The notes under the pieces were generated by a model. That model was not told where the DNA came from, did no database searches, and worked only from the letters and a program-made list of their open reading frames with translations. Made by a program: the position numbers and the translations under genes. This document shows positions 63,112-64,000 of a DNA stretch of 64,000 nucleotides, one piece after another. The stretch comes from a virus (taxonomy: Duplodnaviria > Caudoviricetes), in the IMG/VR virus record IMGVR_UViG_3300026549_000034, positions 129,182 through 193,181 of that record. The stretch is one strand, 5' to 3'. Positions within the stretch are counted from its first letter, which is position 1; the number at the start of each line of letters is the position of its first letter.

Positions 63112-63642
63112 TTATTCTTTATACCAACTTGGTTTATTTTTTAGTGAATTGCATCTATAAAATATTCTATTCATATCATTAATATTACTAACATTCCAAT
63201 TGTTTAGATCACTATTAAATTTTTTACAATATGCAAACATATTATACATATCCTTAACATTACTTACATCCCATTTACTTAGATCAGAATTAAAATTTGT
63301 ACAACCAGCAAACATTTTATACATATCTTTAACCTTACTAACATTCCATTTACTTAGATCAGATGTAAAATTCTCACAATATATAAACATACAGTTCATA
63401 TTAGTAACATTGCTTACGTCCCATCCAGATATATCTATGTCGTGTGGATCTAATTCATAAAACAGATGATCCATATCTTTTATTTCGCTAACATCAATAT
63501 CATTTAGGTTAGCACTCTCATTTTCACTTAGACGTTCTTTTAATATTTGTATAAGTTCTTTTTTTGTCTTAGGAAAATATACATAATCTTTGATATTTCT
63601 TACATTAAGCTTCTCAAATATGTAGTTATGTAAATCTTTCAT
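63112..63642 (-). CDS. DUF285/BspA-like repeat protein with leader
   Basis: ATG at 63642 gives MKDLHNYIFEKLNV. Confidence 0.9.
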   Translation of the reverse strand: MKDLHNYIFEKLNVRNIKDYVYFPKTKKELIQILKERLSENESANLNDIDVSEIKDMDHLFYELDPHDIDISGWDVSNVTNMNCMFIYCENFTSDLSKWNVSKVKDMYKMFAGCTNFNSDLSKWDVSNVKDMYNMFAYCKKFNSDLNNWNVSNINDMNRIFYRCNSLKNKPSWYKE

Positions 63643-63647
63643 ATTTA

Positions 63648-64000
63648 TTATTTGTACCAGCTTGGAATATTTTTTAGTGATGAGCAACCATCAAACATAT
63701 GACGCATAGTTTTAACATTACTTACATTCCAACTACTTAGATCGCAGTCAAAATTTTTGCAATTAATAAACATATCATGCATACTAATAACATTAGATAC
63801 ATCCCAATTATTTAAGTCAGAATTAAAAATTTTACAACCATCAAACATTTTATACATATCAACAACTTTAGATACATTCCATTTGCTTAAATCAGAATTA
63901 AATTTTTCGCAAAGTAGAAACATGCGATTCATATTAGTAACATTAGATACGTCCCATTTGTTTAGATTACAAGCAAAGTTTACACATGAAGCAAACATAA
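63648..64000 (-). CDS. DUF285/BspA-like repeat protein (5' part outside the window)
   Basis: repeats and PSWYK C-terminus; the frame runs off the window edge. Confidence 0.85.
   Translation of the reverse strand, partial: MFASCVNFACNLNKWDVSNVTNMNRMFLLCEKFNSDLSKWNVSKVVDMYKMFDGCKIFNSDLNNWDVSNVISMHDMFINCKNFDCDLSSWNVSNVKTMRHMFDGCSSLKNIPSWYK

Overview
This is a very AT-rich, gene-dense 64 kb segment of a large lytic (jumbo/mega-type) bacteriophage read in the standard code. The host is most likely Bacteroidota: there are repeated TTTG-N20-TATATTTG-type promoters and AT-rich ribosome-binding regions without obvious Shine-Dalgarno motifs. Recognisable content: endolysin; RimK-protease fusion; a ~10.5 kb DNA hypermodification operon (dCMP hydroxymethylase-like plus a second paralog, dNMP kinase, AlsE-like sugar-phosphate epimerase, NTP-transferase/kinase fusion, HAD phosphatase, GT2, T4 BGT-like and AGT-like glycosyltransferases, atypical C5 methyltransferase); a MoxR/VWA pair; two-subunit type II topoisomerase; DenV-like glycosylase; RtcB; RecA; MgsA; tmRNA plus SmpB; M23 peptidase; dCMP deaminase; NadE; many small accessory ORFs; a 1365-aa nuclease-helicase-methyltransferase; and nine DUF285/BspA-like repeat proteins. 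The most striking unexplained pattern is that 17 otherwise unrelated ORFs begin with the same 10-residue leader ending in Glu at position 10 (M-K-x-L/I-x-x-Y/F-I/V-x-E). This resembles the T4 capsid-targeting sequence MKTYQEFIAE, and suggests a large set of head-packaged, injected effectors that includes a recombining library of repeat-solenoid proteins. All family assignments come from motif recognition only; no database searches were run.
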